Assembly (NCBI GenBank): GCA_963816185.1
Contig: CAWFJJ010000008.1
Location: forward strand, 256,001-320,000
Source of the DNA: Thermoanaerobaculia bacterium
GTDB taxonomy: Bacteria; Acidobacteriota; Thermoanaerobaculia; UBA5066
DNA length: 64,000 bases
Direction of reading: 5' to 3'
Below are positions 41,068 through 50,935 of the stretch, piece after piece (the first letter of the stretch is position 1; each line of letters starts with the position of its first letter). Both the position numbers and the translations under genes were made by a program. Below the pieces are notes generated by a model. It ran no database searches and was not told the origin of the DNA. It was given only the letters and a program-made list of their open reading frames with translations.

Positions 41068-42051
41068 ATGTCGCTCGACCGGCGTTCCCTTCTGAAGGGT
41101 GTCGCCGCCGCGGGCGCGGCAGGTGCCGCTTCCGCCGTGGCTCCGATGGCCGAGGCTCGCGTAAGGCCGACGGTGCCTCCGGACGCGATGGGCATGCTCT
41201 ACGACACGACGCTCTGCATCGGCTGCAAGTCGTGCGTCGTCGCGTGCCGCGAGGCCAACGACAAGAAGCCCGACACCTCCCAGGCGCCCGGAGCGCTCTG
41301 GGACATGCCGATGGACCTGAACGGGCAGACGAAGAACGTCATCAAGCTGTACCGCAGCTCCGACAGCCCGGAGCGCTCCTATTTCAAGGCGCAGTGCATG
41401 CAATGCGTCGACCCGGCGTGCGTGAACGGCTGCATGATCGGCGCCCTCGCCAAGCGCGAGCACGGCGTCGTGACCTATAAACCCGAGCTCTGCTCCGGTT
41501 GCCGCTACTGCCAGATCGCGTGCCCGTTCAACATTCCGAAATTCGAGTGGGCGTCGCGCGCGCCGCTGATGGTCAAGTGCGAGCTCTGCAGCCATCGCGT
41601 CACGAGCCCTGCGGCGAAGGGGGCCGATGGCTTCACACGCTATCCGCTCGGCCAGGGCCCGGCCTGCTGCGAGGTGTGCCCGCGCCACGCCGTCATTTAC
41701 GGGCAGCGCGACGAGCTGCTGGCCGAAGCGAAGAGCCGGATCCAGAAGCATCCCGACCGCTACCGCGGATACCGCGACGGCGATCCGCCCCGCGTCTTCG
41801 GTGAGATCGACGCCGGCGGCACGCAGGTCTTCTACCTTTCTCACGTGGCGTTCGAGAAGCTCGGCCTTCCGGACCTCGGACCAGAGCCCGTGCCCGACGT
41901 CCAGCAGACGATTCAGCATGGCATTTACAGGGGCTTCGCCGCGCCGATCGCTCTCTATGCGGTTCTCGGTTTCACCGTCTTCCGGAACCGCGGCAAGGCG
42001 AAGGATTCGAAGGGACCGGGGACGAGCCCGACGGGCGGAGGTGCCTCGTGA
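41068..42051 (+). CDS. hybA: Hydrogenase-2 4x[4Fe-4S] subunit HybA
   Basis: Tat RRSLLK, CIGCKSCVVAC, CMQCVDPACVNGC, CSGCRYCQIACP, CELC...CCEVCP. Confidence 0.92.
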   Translation: MSLDRRSLLKGVAAAGAAGAASAVAPMAEARVRPTVPPDAMGMLYDTTLCIGCKSCVVACREANDKKPDTSQAPGALWDMPMDLNGQTKNVIKLYRSSDSPERSYFKAQCMQCVDPACVNGCMIGALAKREHGVVTYKPELCSGCRYCQIACPFNIPKFEWASRAPLMVKCELCSHRVTSPAAKGADGFTRYPLGQGPACCEVCPRHAVIYGQRDELLAEAKSRIQKHPDRYRGYRDGDPPRVFGEIDAGGTQVFYLSHVAFEKLGLPDLGPEPVPDVQQTIQHGIYRGFAAPIALYAVLGFTVFRNRGKAKDSKGPGTSPTGGGAS

Positions 42052-43247
42052 ACGGCGCCGCTCTCCACGAGGCCCGGCCCGTCGGCGGGCCCGTCTTCAC
42101 GCCCGCCGTCCGCGCGCTCGCAGCCCTTGCGGCGCTTGCCGGGGTCGCAATCCTCTACCGGTTCGCCGTGGGTCTCGGCGGGGCGACCGCGCTGAACGAC
42201 GGATACCCGTGGGGACTCTGGATCGTCTTCGACGTCGTCACGGGCACGGCGCTCGCGTGCGGCGGCTACGCCGTCGCCCTCCTCGTCTACATCCTGAACA
42301 AGGGCGCCTATCACCCGATGGTGCGGCCCGCGCTGTTGACGAGCGCCCTCGGCTACTCGTTGGCCGCGGTCTCGATCTCCATCGACGTCGGCCGGCCCTG
42401 GCTGCTGTATCGCGTTCCCCTCTGGGTGAACCACTGGAACCTGCACTCGGTCCTCTTCGAGGTCGCGCTCTGCGTCATGGCGTACGTGATCGTCCTCTGG
42501 ATCGAAGTGTCTCCCGCATTCCTCGAGAAGTTCCAGGCGGGACCGGACGGCTTCCTGAAGAGAACCTCCGAGAAGGTCCTCCCGGTCCTGAACAAGGCCC
42601 TGCCGTTCCTCATCGCGCTCGGGCTGCTGCTACCCACGATGCACCAGTCCTCGCTCGGCGCGCTCATGCTCCTCGCCGGCCAGAAGCTGAACGGGCTCTG
42701 GTCCACTCCGTTCCTCCCGCTCCTCTTCCTGCTGTCGTGCATCGCGATGGGGTTCGCGGCCGTCGTCTTCGAATCCACGCTCGCGAGCCTGAACTTCAAG
42801 AGGGCTCGGGACACCCGGATGCTCGCGGGCCTCTCCGGCGCGATACGCCCGATCCTCGTGGTGCTCGCGGTGATCCGGATCGTCGACCTCGCCGTCCGGG
42901 GCCGGATCGGCCTCATGTTCACGCCGGACCGGCACGCCTTCCTCTTCTGGCTCGAGATGATCCTCTTCCTGGCGCCGGTCTTCATGCTGGGCTCGGAGAA
43001 AAGACGGCTCGACGCGGGAAACGTGTTTCGCGCGGCCATGCTGATGATGTTCGCGGGCGCGCTTTACCGGTTCGACACGTATCTCCTCGCCTACCACCCC
43101 GGTTCCTGGTACTCGTATTTCCCGAGCGTCGCGGAGATCGTGATCACGCTCGGAATCGTCGCATTCGAGATTGTCGCGTACGTCTTCCTCGTCAAGACGT
43201 TCCCGATCCTGGGCGGGGCCCCTTCACCCGCCGCCCTTGAAAGGTAG
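42048..43247 (+). CDS. hybB: Hydrogenase-2 NrfD-like membrane subunit HybB
   Basis: GYPWGLWI.FDV, LACGGY, LPTMHQSSLG. Confidence 0.92.
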   Translation: MNGAALHEARPVGGPVFTPAVRALAALAALAGVAILYRFAVGLGGATALNDGYPWGLWIVFDVVTGTALACGGYAVALLVYILNKGAYHPMVRPALLTSALGYSLAAVSISIDVGRPWLLYRVPLWVNHWNLHSVLFEVALCVMAYVIVLWIEVSPAFLEKFQAGPDGFLKRTSEKVLPVLNKALPFLIALGLLLPTMHQSSLGALMLLAGQKLNGLWSTPFLPLLFLLSCIAMGFAAVVFESTLASLNFKRARDTRMLAGLSGAIRPILVVLAVIRIVDLAVRGRIGLMFTPDRHAFLFWLEMILFLAPVFMLGSEKRRLDAGNVFRAAMLMMFAGALYRFDTYLLAYHPGSWYSYFPSVAEIVITLGIVAFEIVAYVFLVKTFPILGGAPSPAALER

Positions 43248-43252
43248 GAGAC

Positions 43253-44953
43253 ATGTCCCAGCACATCGTCGTTGATCCCGTCACCCGCATCGAAGGCCAC
43301 CTCCGAATCGACGTCGAGGTGGACGGCGGAAAGGTGAAGAACGCGTGGTCGTCGGGGCAGATGTTCCGCGGCATCGAGACGATCCTCAAAGGGCGTGACC
43401 CGCGCGACGCCTGGCTCTTCACGCAGCGCTTCTGCGGCGTGTGCACGACCGTGCACGCGATCGCATCCGTGCGAACGGTCGAGAACGCCCTGGGCCTGGA
43501 GATCCCGATCAACGCGCAGTACATCCGCAATCTGATTCTCACCGCGCACGCGATGCACGATCACATCGTGCACTTCTACCATCTCTCCGCCCTCGACTGG
43601 GTGGACGTCGTGTCGTCGCTCAAGGCCGACCCGGCGAAGGCCTCGGCCCTCGCCGAAAGCCTCTCGCCCTGGCCCGGCAACGGCCGTCTCCATCTCAAGG
43701 CCGTGCAGGACAAGCTCAAGGCGTACGTCGAGGCCGGCCAGCTCGGCATTTTCACGAACGGCTACTGGGGCCACCCGGCGATGAAGCTCTCGCCGGAGGT
43801 GAACCTGCTCGCCGTCTCGCATTACCTCGAGGCGCTCGACTACCAGCGCAAGGTGAATCAGGTCGTCACGATTCTCGGAGGCAAGACGCCGAACATCCAG
43901 AACCTCGCCGTGGGCGGCGTGGCGAACGCCATCAACCTCGACAACCAGTCCACGTTGAACATGGACAAGCTCTTCATGATCAAGGATCTGCTCGACGGGA
44001 TGAAGGCGTTCATCGAGCAGGTCTATTTCGTCGACGTGTGCGCGATCGGATCCATGTACCCCGACTGGCTCGGTTACGGCGCGGGCGTGAAGAACTACCT
44101 CGCCGTGCCGGATCTGCCGCTGGACACGAAGGGCACCCATTTCGACCTGCCGGGCGGCACGATCTTCGACGGCGATCTCTCGACCGTGAAGGAGATCAAG
44201 AGCTTCGCCGATCCCTACTTCAAGGACAACGTCACGGAGTCCATCGCGCACGCCTGGTACGACGGCGACTGGACGAAGCACCCGTACGACGAGGACACGG
44301 TCCCGAAGCCCGGCGCGTACGACGCGTCGAAGAAGTACTCATGGGTGAAGGCGCCGCGGTTTCAGGGCAGGGTCATGCAGGTCGGCCCGCTCGCGCAGGT
44401 TCTCGTCGGCTTCGCAATCGGGCACGAGCCCACGAAGCGCTGGGCCACGAAGGCGCTCACGACCGCCTCGGCGCTCGCGAAGACCACGCTCACTCCGGCC
44501 GTTCTGCACTCGACGCTCGGGCGGCACGTCGCGCGCATGGTGCGCACGTGCGTTCTCTCCGAGCTCGCGCTGAAGCACTGGAAGCTCCTCGTCGACAACA
44601 TCGGGAAGGGCGACACGGCGATTTTCAACGCGCCGGTCTTTCCCGCGGGCGAGCAGCGCGGGTTCGGCTTCCACGAAGCCCCGCGTGGCACGCTGTCGCA
44701 CTGGATCGTCATCAAGGACGGAAAGATCGCGAACTATCAGGCGGTCGTGCCCTCCACCTGGAACGCCGGGCCTCGGGACGCGAAAGACCAGATGGGTCCC
44801 TACGAGGCCTCTCTCGTCGGGAATCCCATGGCGGACGCGGAGCGCCCGCTCGAGGTCCTGCGCACGATTCACTCGTTCGACCCGTGCCTCGCGTGCGCCA
44901 TCCACACGCTCGACCCCGAAGGGCGCGAGATCGCCCGCGTGAAGGCGCTGTAA
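43253..44953 (+). CDS. hybC: [NiFe] hydrogenase large subunit (Hyb-type)
   Basis: L1 QRFCGVC, L2 SFDPCLACAIH plus cleavable tail. Confidence 0.93.
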   Translation: MSQHIVVDPVTRIEGHLRIDVEVDGGKVKNAWSSGQMFRGIETILKGRDPRDAWLFTQRFCGVCTTVHAIASVRTVENALGLEIPINAQYIRNLILTAHAMHDHIVHFYHLSALDWVDVVSSLKADPAKASALAESLSPWPGNGRLHLKAVQDKLKAYVEAGQLGIFTNGYWGHPAMKLSPEVNLLAVSHYLEALDYQRKVNQVVTILGGKTPNIQNLAVGGVANAINLDNQSTLNMDKLFMIKDLLDGMKAFIEQVYFVDVCAIGSMYPDWLGYGAGVKNYLAVPDLPLDTKGTHFDLPGGTIFDGDLSTVKEIKSFADPYFKDNVTESIAHAWYDGDWTKHPYDEDTVPKPGAYDASKKYSWVKAPRFQGRVMQVGPLAQVLVGFAIGHEPTKRWATKALTTASALAKTTLTPAVLHSTLGRHVARMVRTCVLSELALKHWKLLVDNIGKGDTAIFNAPVFPAGEQRGFGFHEAPRGTLSHWIVIKDGKIANYQAVVPSTWNAGPRDAKDQMGPYEASLVGNPMADAERPLEVLRTIHSFDPCLACAIHTLDPEGREIARVKAL

Positions 44954-44960
44954 GACCCTC

Positions 44961-45536
44961 GTGGAGCGCTCCGTTCGCGTCCTCGGCCTCGGGAACGTCC
45001 TCATGGGCGACGACGCCCTCGGGCCGTGGGTGATTCACGCGCTCGAGGCCGAGTACGAATTTCCGGAAGGCGTGGAGCTCGTGGAGATCGGAACCCCGGG
45101 ACTGGACCTCGTCCCCTACGTCGCGGGTCCCGGCGGAGTCCTCCTCGTCGACACGGTCAAGTCCGCCGGAATTCCCGGCGAGCTGCGCTTCTACGACCAG
45201 CAGCAGCTCCTGAAGCTGCCGCCGCAGCCGCGGCTCTCGCCCCACGACCCGGGACTCACCGAGGCTCTTCTTGCCGTCACGCTCGCGGATGCGCCGCCGT
45301 CCTTCGTGAAGCTCGTGGGTGTGATCCCGGACAACGTCGCGATGGGGGTCGCCCTGAGTCCCGCTCTTCGGGCTGCGCTGCCGCGGGTCGTCCGCGCCGT
45401 CGTGCAGGAGCTGGCACGCCTCGGCTTCGCCGGAGTCCCTCGGCGCCAGAGAGACCTCTCTCTTCCGTGGTGGGAGAGAGGGGCGCCCCTGCCGAAGCCG
45501 GCGGGAGTCCTTGCGATCGAGCCACAGGCGGGATGA
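44961..45536 (+). CDS. hybD: Hydrogenase maturation protease
   Basis: GLGNVLMGDD, E.GTPGL, SPH. Confidence 0.88.
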   Translation: MERSVRVLGLGNVLMGDDALGPWVIHALEAEYEFPEGVELVEIGTPGLDLVPYVAGPGGVLLVDTVKSAGIPGELRFYDQQQLLKLPPQPRLSPHDPGLTEALLAVTLADAPPSFVKLVGVIPDNVAMGVALSPALRAALPRVVRAVVQELARLGFAGVPRRQRDLSLPWWERGAPLPKPAGVLAIEPQAG

Positions 45537-45552
45537 GCCTCCGGCGCGCCGT

Positions 45553-45945
45553 GTGAATGCGTCCGAAGGAAAGCAGGTTCCCTGGAGCGCCCTTGAACGA
45601 GCGCTCGTCGTCGCGGTCGCGCTCCACAGCTTCGCCGTGGGCTTCTTCCTCCTTTTCTTCACACGGTGGGGGATCCGCCTGGGAGGATGGGGCGAGGCGA
45701 ACCCGCTGTTCTTCGCGAGACAGGCCGGGATCTTTCACTTCGTCGTGGCGAGCGGCTATCTGATCGAGTATTTCAGGGACCGCGGCGTCCGGCTTCTCCT
45801 GCTTGCCAAGGCCACGGCGACCGTGTTTCTCGTTGCGATGCTGCTCGAAGACGGCGGCCCGTGGGTCCTGCCGGTCTCCGCGCTCGGCGATGCGCTCATG
45901 GGGCTTGCCGTGTGGCTCGTTCACCGGAAGGCGTCGGCGGCCTGA
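45553..45945 (+). CDS. Small 4-TM membrane protein, hypothetical
   Basis: Hydrophobic ORF with HS..VG and FF.RQ.G.FH; start uncertain (45511-45553). Confidence 0.6.
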   Translation: MNASEGKQVPWSALERALVVAVALHSFAVGFFLLFFTRWGIRLGGWGEANPLFFARQAGIFHFVVASGYLIEYFRDRGVRLLLLAKATATVFLVAMLLEDGGPWVLPVSALGDALMGLAVWLVHRKASAA

Positions 45946-47464
45946 TCCGCGCCTCCCGCTTCTTCCTCTCCTCGCGCTCCTCGAAGACTTCCTGGACCTC
46001 GTCGCACCCGCAGCGCAGCGCCATCGTGATGAGATCGAGCATGAGCTGGCGCATGTCCGCCGACTCGGGGTCTCGACGGAGCACGCGGAAGCAGACGAGA
46101 TTCAACCCCTCGAGCGCGTCGCAAAGCTCGGGCCCTTCGATCCTCTGATCGAAGCGGCGCATGGCGAGATCGCGGCAATAGGCCACGAGGAGCCCGTTCT
46201 CTTTCGTCCTCACGGCGTTCATGAGGTGGCGCAGGACGACGCGATGGTTCCAGGATTGGTCTTCCGGGCTGATCGTGCGATAGCTCGGAAAACGCGCGGA
46301 ACCCTTCGGGTCGAGCAGGAGCTCGCTGTAGGACCGGAGGATCTCGTCCTGATGCCGTTCGAGAAGAGCGTACAGCCTGAGGTTGGAGGGCAGCTCGACG
46401 CGCGTCATCGCCGCCCGATTCAGGTGGTGCCATTCCACGGGATCCGTTTTCAGGTGCTCGAGGAGAAACGGGAGGCGGCGGAGGATCTCGAGGCGGGGCC
46501 GGGGCGCCCAGCCGGTGCGCTCGCGCGTCCTCGAGGCATCGACGGCCATCACGAGGTCGATGTAGCGCGCCATCCAGGGCTGCTCGAAAGGTCGCGCTCC
46601 CGTGAGCCGGCCGAGAAGGTCGCGCGCGGCCATGCCCGGCCCGCAGAGTGCCTTCGGCACGTGAAAAGGCTCTTTTCGCGTGCCGAAGTAGCTGAGCGTC
46701 GCGGCCTCGAAGAGCTCTTCGTGCGACGTGGCGACGTCGGGGCTCGCGATGAGAACCTCTCCCGGAGCGAGCATGGGCGCCAGGTCGAGAACGCGTCGGA
46801 GGAGCGACACGACGTCCTTCACGTGCAGGTACGGGATGGCCGAACGCCCGTGGCCTCCGAGGATCCCGCGGTTCCACGCTCGGGAGAGCCACGTCTCGAG
46901 GAACATGAAAAGGGGCGGGTACTCGCACCAATCCGAAAACAACGCGGCGAACCGGACGATCGTGGACGGAAACGAGTCCCGATATTCCGCCAGCATCTCC
47001 TCGCCGATGCGTTTCGTTCGCGCATAGATGTGGTCGCCGTCGGCGCGGCTGTCCTCGTTGAGCGCCCAGCCGGGAGCCGGGAAGCGACTCGCGGCCACGG
47101 AGCTGGAGAAGACGACGTGGCGGACACGATTCTCCCTCGAAAGGTCCAGGACGTTGCGGAGGCCCTCCACGTTCGTCCGCATGTATTCGGGGTGTTCCTC
47201 GCCCGTGAAGTCGTAATGCGCGGCGAGGTGGATGACGGTATCGGCGCCCCCGTCGGCAGCTATCTGGTCGAAGACGGTCTTCAGGCCGGCCCGATCCCCG
47301 ATGTCGACCTGGAACCACGAGATGTTCGCGTGCCGCGGGGCGCCGCTTCGGGCCTGGCTTCGCCGGGCGATCCCGTAGATGCGGAAGTCTTCTTGAAGCG
47401 CAGCCAGCAGGTTTCGACCGACGAATCCGGACGCGCCGGTGACGATGAGGCGGGGAAGGGCCAC
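45896..47464 (-). CDS. NAD-dependent epimerase/extended SDR with extra C-terminal helical domain
   Basis: TGASGFVG, HLAA.Y, FSSS, YARTK; about 170-aa C-terminal extension (LA..RF.Q). Confidence 0.8.
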   Translation of the reverse strand: MALPRLIVTGASGFVGRNLLAALQEDFRIYGIARRSQARSGAPRHANISWFQVDIGDRAGLKTVFDQIAADGGADTVIHLAAHYDFTGEEHPEYMRTNVEGLRNVLDLSRENRVRHVVFSSSVAASRFPAPGWALNEDSRADGDHIYARTKRIGEEMLAEYRDSFPSTIVRFAALFSDWCEYPPLFMFLETWLSRAWNRGILGGHGRSAIPYLHVKDVVSLLRRVLDLAPMLAPGEVLIASPDVATSHEELFEAATLSYFGTRKEPFHVPKALCGPGMAARDLLGRLTGARPFEQPWMARYIDLVMAVDASRTRERTGWAPRPRLEILRRLPFLLEHLKTDPVEWHHLNRAAMTRVELPSNLRLYALLERHQDEILRSYSELLLDPKGSARFPSYRTISPEDQSWNHRVVLRHLMNAVRTKENGLLVAYCRDLAMRRFDQRIEGPELCDALEGLNLVCFRVLRRDPESADMRQLMLDLITMALRCGCDEVQEVFEEREERKKREARIRPPTPSGERATRQAP

Positions 47465-47550
47465 CCGAGAAGGAATATACCGAGGGTGTGCGTCCGTCGA
47501 TAGTGCGGGTTGATCGGGTCCTGGAGCGCTCCTTCGATGTACGCTGCGCG

Positions 47551-47943
47551 TCAGTGCGTCTCCGAGAGAAGGAAGGCGACGAGATCCCAGGTCTCCACGT
47601 CGCTGAAGGACTTCCAGCCGGGCATCGGCGTGCCGTGAACGCCTTCGCGAATCGTGAAGAAAACGTGGCGGGGCGTCGTCGCGGTCCTCCAGGAGGGATT
47701 GGTGAAGTCGCGCGGGGCGACCGACAAACCCTCGCGCCGTACTCCCCGGCCGTCCGCCTTCTCGCCGTGGCAGAGGGCACACGAGGCCAGGAAGAGCTTC
47801 CGCCCGTTCTCCTTCGCCTCGGCTGACTCGAAAAGACCCGGAGGGACCTTCAAGGCCCGGTAGGGCTCAGGAAGGTCCCGGTCCCTGCTACAGGCCGAAA
47901 GCCCGAGCGAGATCAGGAGAGCGATCGGAATTTGAGACCGCAT
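47551..47943 (-). CDS. Monoheme cytochrome c lipoprotein
   Basis: Lipobox LSAC, CALCHG, GT.MP.W. Confidence 0.88.
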   Translation of the reverse strand: MRSQIPIALLISLGLSACSRDRDLPEPYRALKVPPGLFESAEAKENGRKLFLASCALCHGEKADGRGVRREGLSVAPRDFTNPSWRTATTPRHVFFTIREGVHGTPMPGWKSFSDVETWDLVAFLLSETH

Positions 47944-48457
47944 CGTGGCTCCGCGGGTGCAGCTCGAACCCAAGCCGGCTCACCTCTTGAACGACGCGGT
48001 CCATGAGCCCGGGAAGACCCGCCTCCACGGATGGCGAGCGGGTCACGCCCACCTCCAGCGTGTCGGGCACGAGGCCGAGGAGGACGAGCTCGCCCGGAAG
48101 CCTTCCTCTCCATCGCGCCGCGTCGAGGAGGTCGGCCACGCCCACCTGGTGGACGGAGAGGCGGCCCGCCACGGCGGGGCCCACCTCGTCGCTTTCCAGG
48201 CGGACGAAGGATCCGGGCGGCTCATCGGCGCGGATGGCGTCGACGAGGATCATCCTCTCGGCGTCCTCCACGTAAGGGAGGAGCGAAAGGCCGAGCGTCC
48301 CTCCGTCGAGGACGCTCATTCCCTCGGGGATCTCGTAACGCGCTTGGATTCGCGCGATCGCGACGGCTCCCAGCCCGTCGTCGCCGCACAAGACGTTTCC
48401 GAGGCCCAGGACCAGGAGCCGGACGGGCCGGCGAGACCCGCTAGGGCTGCTGGTCAT
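47888..48457 (-). CDS. hyaD: Hydrogenase maturation protease (HyaD-type)
   Basis: GLGNVLCGDDG, DGGTLG, VDA, SVHQ. Confidence 0.88.
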   Translation of the reverse strand: MTSSPSGSRRPVRLLVLGLGNVLCGDDGLGAVAIARIQARYEIPEGMSVLDGGTLGLSLLPYVEDAERMILVDAIRADEPPGSFVRLESDEVGPAVAGRLSVHQVGVADLLDAARWRGRLPGELVLLGLVPDTLEVGVTRSPSVEAGLPGLMDRVVQEVSRLGFELHPRSHDAVSNSDRSPDLARAFGL

Positions 48458-49232
48458 GAATGTCCTTGGGGTCGAAGTACCGGTAGCCCGAATAGATGAC
48501 GTCGTCCTTGTGGACGAACTTGTAGCCCGAGAAGATCGACTCGGTCGTCGCGTTCGCTTCGATCTGGGACATCAGAACGGCGCTGTAGACGTGATGGATG
48601 GCGAACCCGATCAGGAGCCACAGGCCGGCGTGGTGGATCAGGCGCACAGTCTGGAGCCCGCCGAAAAGCGGAACGAGATGGCCGAAGACACGCATGTGCG
48701 AGTCCACGTTGGCGCTGGCTCCGTAGAGAGTGAAGCCGGTGACGATCATGACCAGGTAGATCGCGAAGACGAGCGTGTACGTCGCCCCTGCCAGCGGGTT
48801 GTGGCCGATATAGCCAGGCGGCTTTCGGAGCTGGAAGAGATAGAAACGGAGCGCCTGGACGAGGCCGCGGCGCCGGCGCTTCTTGATCGGGATGAACTTG
48901 TCCCAGCGGGCGAAGTGGTTCCCGCGGAACATCCAGATCAGGCGCGACAGGACCGAAAGCGTGAACAGGATGGCCGCGTAGGAGTGGACGATCTTGAACG
49001 TTCCGGTCAGGAAGTGGTCCCCTGCGGGCCCGGTGACCGTGATGGACGGATTGCCGATGTAGATGCCCGTCACCGCGAGGACCGCGATGGAGAGCACGAC
49101 GCCCCAGTGGGCGAGCCTGACGGGCCATTCCCAGACATAGACCCGCACGAGATCGCTCTGCTCGGGGGGAGCGGGCCCGATCGGGTAGTGCCGGCCGCTC
49201 TCCGACACGACGAACGGAGCGGTCGTGCTCAT
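48441..49232 (-). CDS. hyaC: Ni/Fe-hydrogenase b-type cytochrome subunit
   Basis: YVWEWPVRLAHW, VHS, GHNPLA, IHH...HHVY, SIFSGYK. Confidence 0.92.
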   Translation of the reverse strand: MSTTAPFVVSESGRHYPIGPAPPEQSDLVRVYVWEWPVRLAHWGVVLSIAVLAVTGIYIGNPSITVTGPAGDHFLTGTFKIVHSYAAILFTLSVLSRLIWMFRGNHFARWDKFIPIKKRRRRGLVQALRFYLFQLRKPPGYIGHNPLAGATYTLVFAIYLVMIVTGFTLYGASANVDSHMRVFGHLVPLFGGLQTVRLIHHAGLWLLIGFAIHHVYSAVLMSQIEANATTESIFSGYKFVHKDDVIYSGYRYFDPKDIHDQQP

Positions 49233-50935
49233 ACGACCCTCACCTTCGCGAGCAGTTTCCTCCTCGCGTCGACGACGTGGACGCCGCACGCGATACAGGG
49301 GTCGAAGGAGTGGATGGTTCGCAGAATCTCGATCGGTTTGGCGGCATCGGCCACGGGGGTGTTCAGGAGCGCTTCCTCGTACGGCCCGCGCTTACCCTGG
49401 GCGTCCCGTGGCCCCGCGTTCCACGTGCTGGGCACGATGCACTGATAGTTGGCGATCGCCCCGTCCAGGATGTGAACCCAATGGCCCAGCGCTCCGCGCG
49501 GGGCCTCGTGGAAGCCGGCTCCTGTCGACTCTCTGGGCCAGGTGTTCGGCTCCCATTTGGAGTTGTCGTGAATCTTGAGCTGCCGCCGGTGCATGTTGAC
49601 CGCGAGCTGGTCGATCCACCCGTCGATCTTCTCCGTGAGAAGCAGCGTCTCGATGCCCCGCGCCGCGACGCGACCGAGCGTCGAGAACAACGCCTCGGGA
49701 CCCACTCCCAGTTTTTTGAGCACGTCGCCCACGATCTCCCTGACGCGGGCGTGGCCGGAGGCGTAGGCGACGAGCATCCGCGAGAGCGGCCCCACCTCCA
49801 TCGGCAGCCCGTCGTACCGCGGAGCCTTCAGCCAGCTGTACTTTGCCGCGCCGTCGAGCTTCTCGTAGGGAGGCGTGGGACCCGTGTAGTTGGGCTTCGT
49901 CTCGCCCTGGCTCGGGTGGATGCCCTTGTCGTCTCCGCCGGCGTAGTCGTACCAGGAGTGCTTGACATGCTCGGTGATCTTGGCCGCGTCGAACTTCTCG
50001 ACCTTGCTCAGGTCCTTGTTGCGGAGAACGCCGCTCGGGAGGAAGAGCGGCGGGTTGGGGCCGTCGTCCTCGGGGTACTCGCCGTAAACGAGGTAGTTCC
50101 CGACGCCGCCGCCGATACCCGCCCACGTCTTGTAGAACGAAGCCACGGCCAGGAGATCGGGGATGTAGACCTTCGAGACGAAGTCCTTCGCCTTGGCCAC
50201 GAGCTGCTTGAGCTCGGCGATCGACCCGACGTTCAGGGAAGCCTGGCGATCGGGGTCGATGGGCGTCGCCATGCCGCCCACGAGGAAGCTCTGCAGGTGC
50301 GGGTTCTTGCCTCCCAGGATGGCGTGCGCGCGGATGACGTCGCGCTGCCAGTCGAGCGCCTCGAGATAGTGCGCCACGGCCATGAGATTGGCCTCGGGTG
50401 GAAGGACGTAGGCCGGATGGCCCCAGTAGGCGTTCGCGAAGGGGCCGAGCTGGCCGCGCTCGACGAACGTCTTCAGGCGGCCCTTGACGCCCGCGAAGTA
50501 CTTCGTGCTCGAGAGCGGCCAGTCCGAGATCGACTCGGCCAGGGTCGAAGTCTTGGCCGGATCGGCCGAGAGGGCCGAGACGACGTCCACCCAGTCGAGG
50601 GCGTGCAGGTGGTAGAAGTGGATGACGTGGTCCTGCACGCACTGATACGCCATGATGAGGTTGCGCAGCAGCCGGGCGTTCTGCGGGGGCTGCGCGCCGA
50701 TCGCGTTCTCGACGGCGCGGATGGAGGCGATGGCATGCACCGTCGTGCAAACGCCGCAGATGCGCTGCGTGAAGGCCCACGCGTCGCGCGGGTCGCGCCC
50801 CTTCAGGATCAGCTCCACGCCGCGGAACATGGTCGCCGACGACCAGGCGTCCTTGACGCGGCCCCCGTCCACCTCGGCCTCGATTCGCAGGTGCCCCTCG
50901 ATGCGCGTGACGGGATCGACGACGATGTGCGTCAT
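49229..50935 (-). CDS. hyaB: [NiFe] hydrogenase large subunit (group 1, likely 1f-like)
   Basis: L1 QRICGVC, L2 SFDPCIACGVH. Confidence 0.9.
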   Translation of the reverse strand: MTHIVVDPVTRIEGHLRIEAEVDGGRVKDAWSSATMFRGVELILKGRDPRDAWAFTQRICGVCTTVHAIASIRAVENAIGAQPPQNARLLRNLIMAYQCVQDHVIHFYHLHALDWVDVVSALSADPAKTSTLAESISDWPLSSTKYFAGVKGRLKTFVERGQLGPFANAYWGHPAYVLPPEANLMAVAHYLEALDWQRDVIRAHAILGGKNPHLQSFLVGGMATPIDPDRQASLNVGSIAELKQLVAKAKDFVSKVYIPDLLAVASFYKTWAGIGGGVGNYLVYGEYPEDDGPNPPLFLPSGVLRNKDLSKVEKFDAAKITEHVKHSWYDYAGGDDKGIHPSQGETKPNYTGPTPPYEKLDGAAKYSWLKAPRYDGLPMEVGPLSRMLVAYASGHARVREIVGDVLKKLGVGPEALFSTLGRVAARGIETLLLTEKIDGWIDQLAVNMHRRQLKIHDNSKWEPNTWPRESTGAGFHEAPRGALGHWVHILDGAIANYQCIVPSTWNAGPRDAQGKRGPYEEALLNTPVADAAKPIEILRTIHSFDPCIACGVHVVDARRKLLAKVRVV

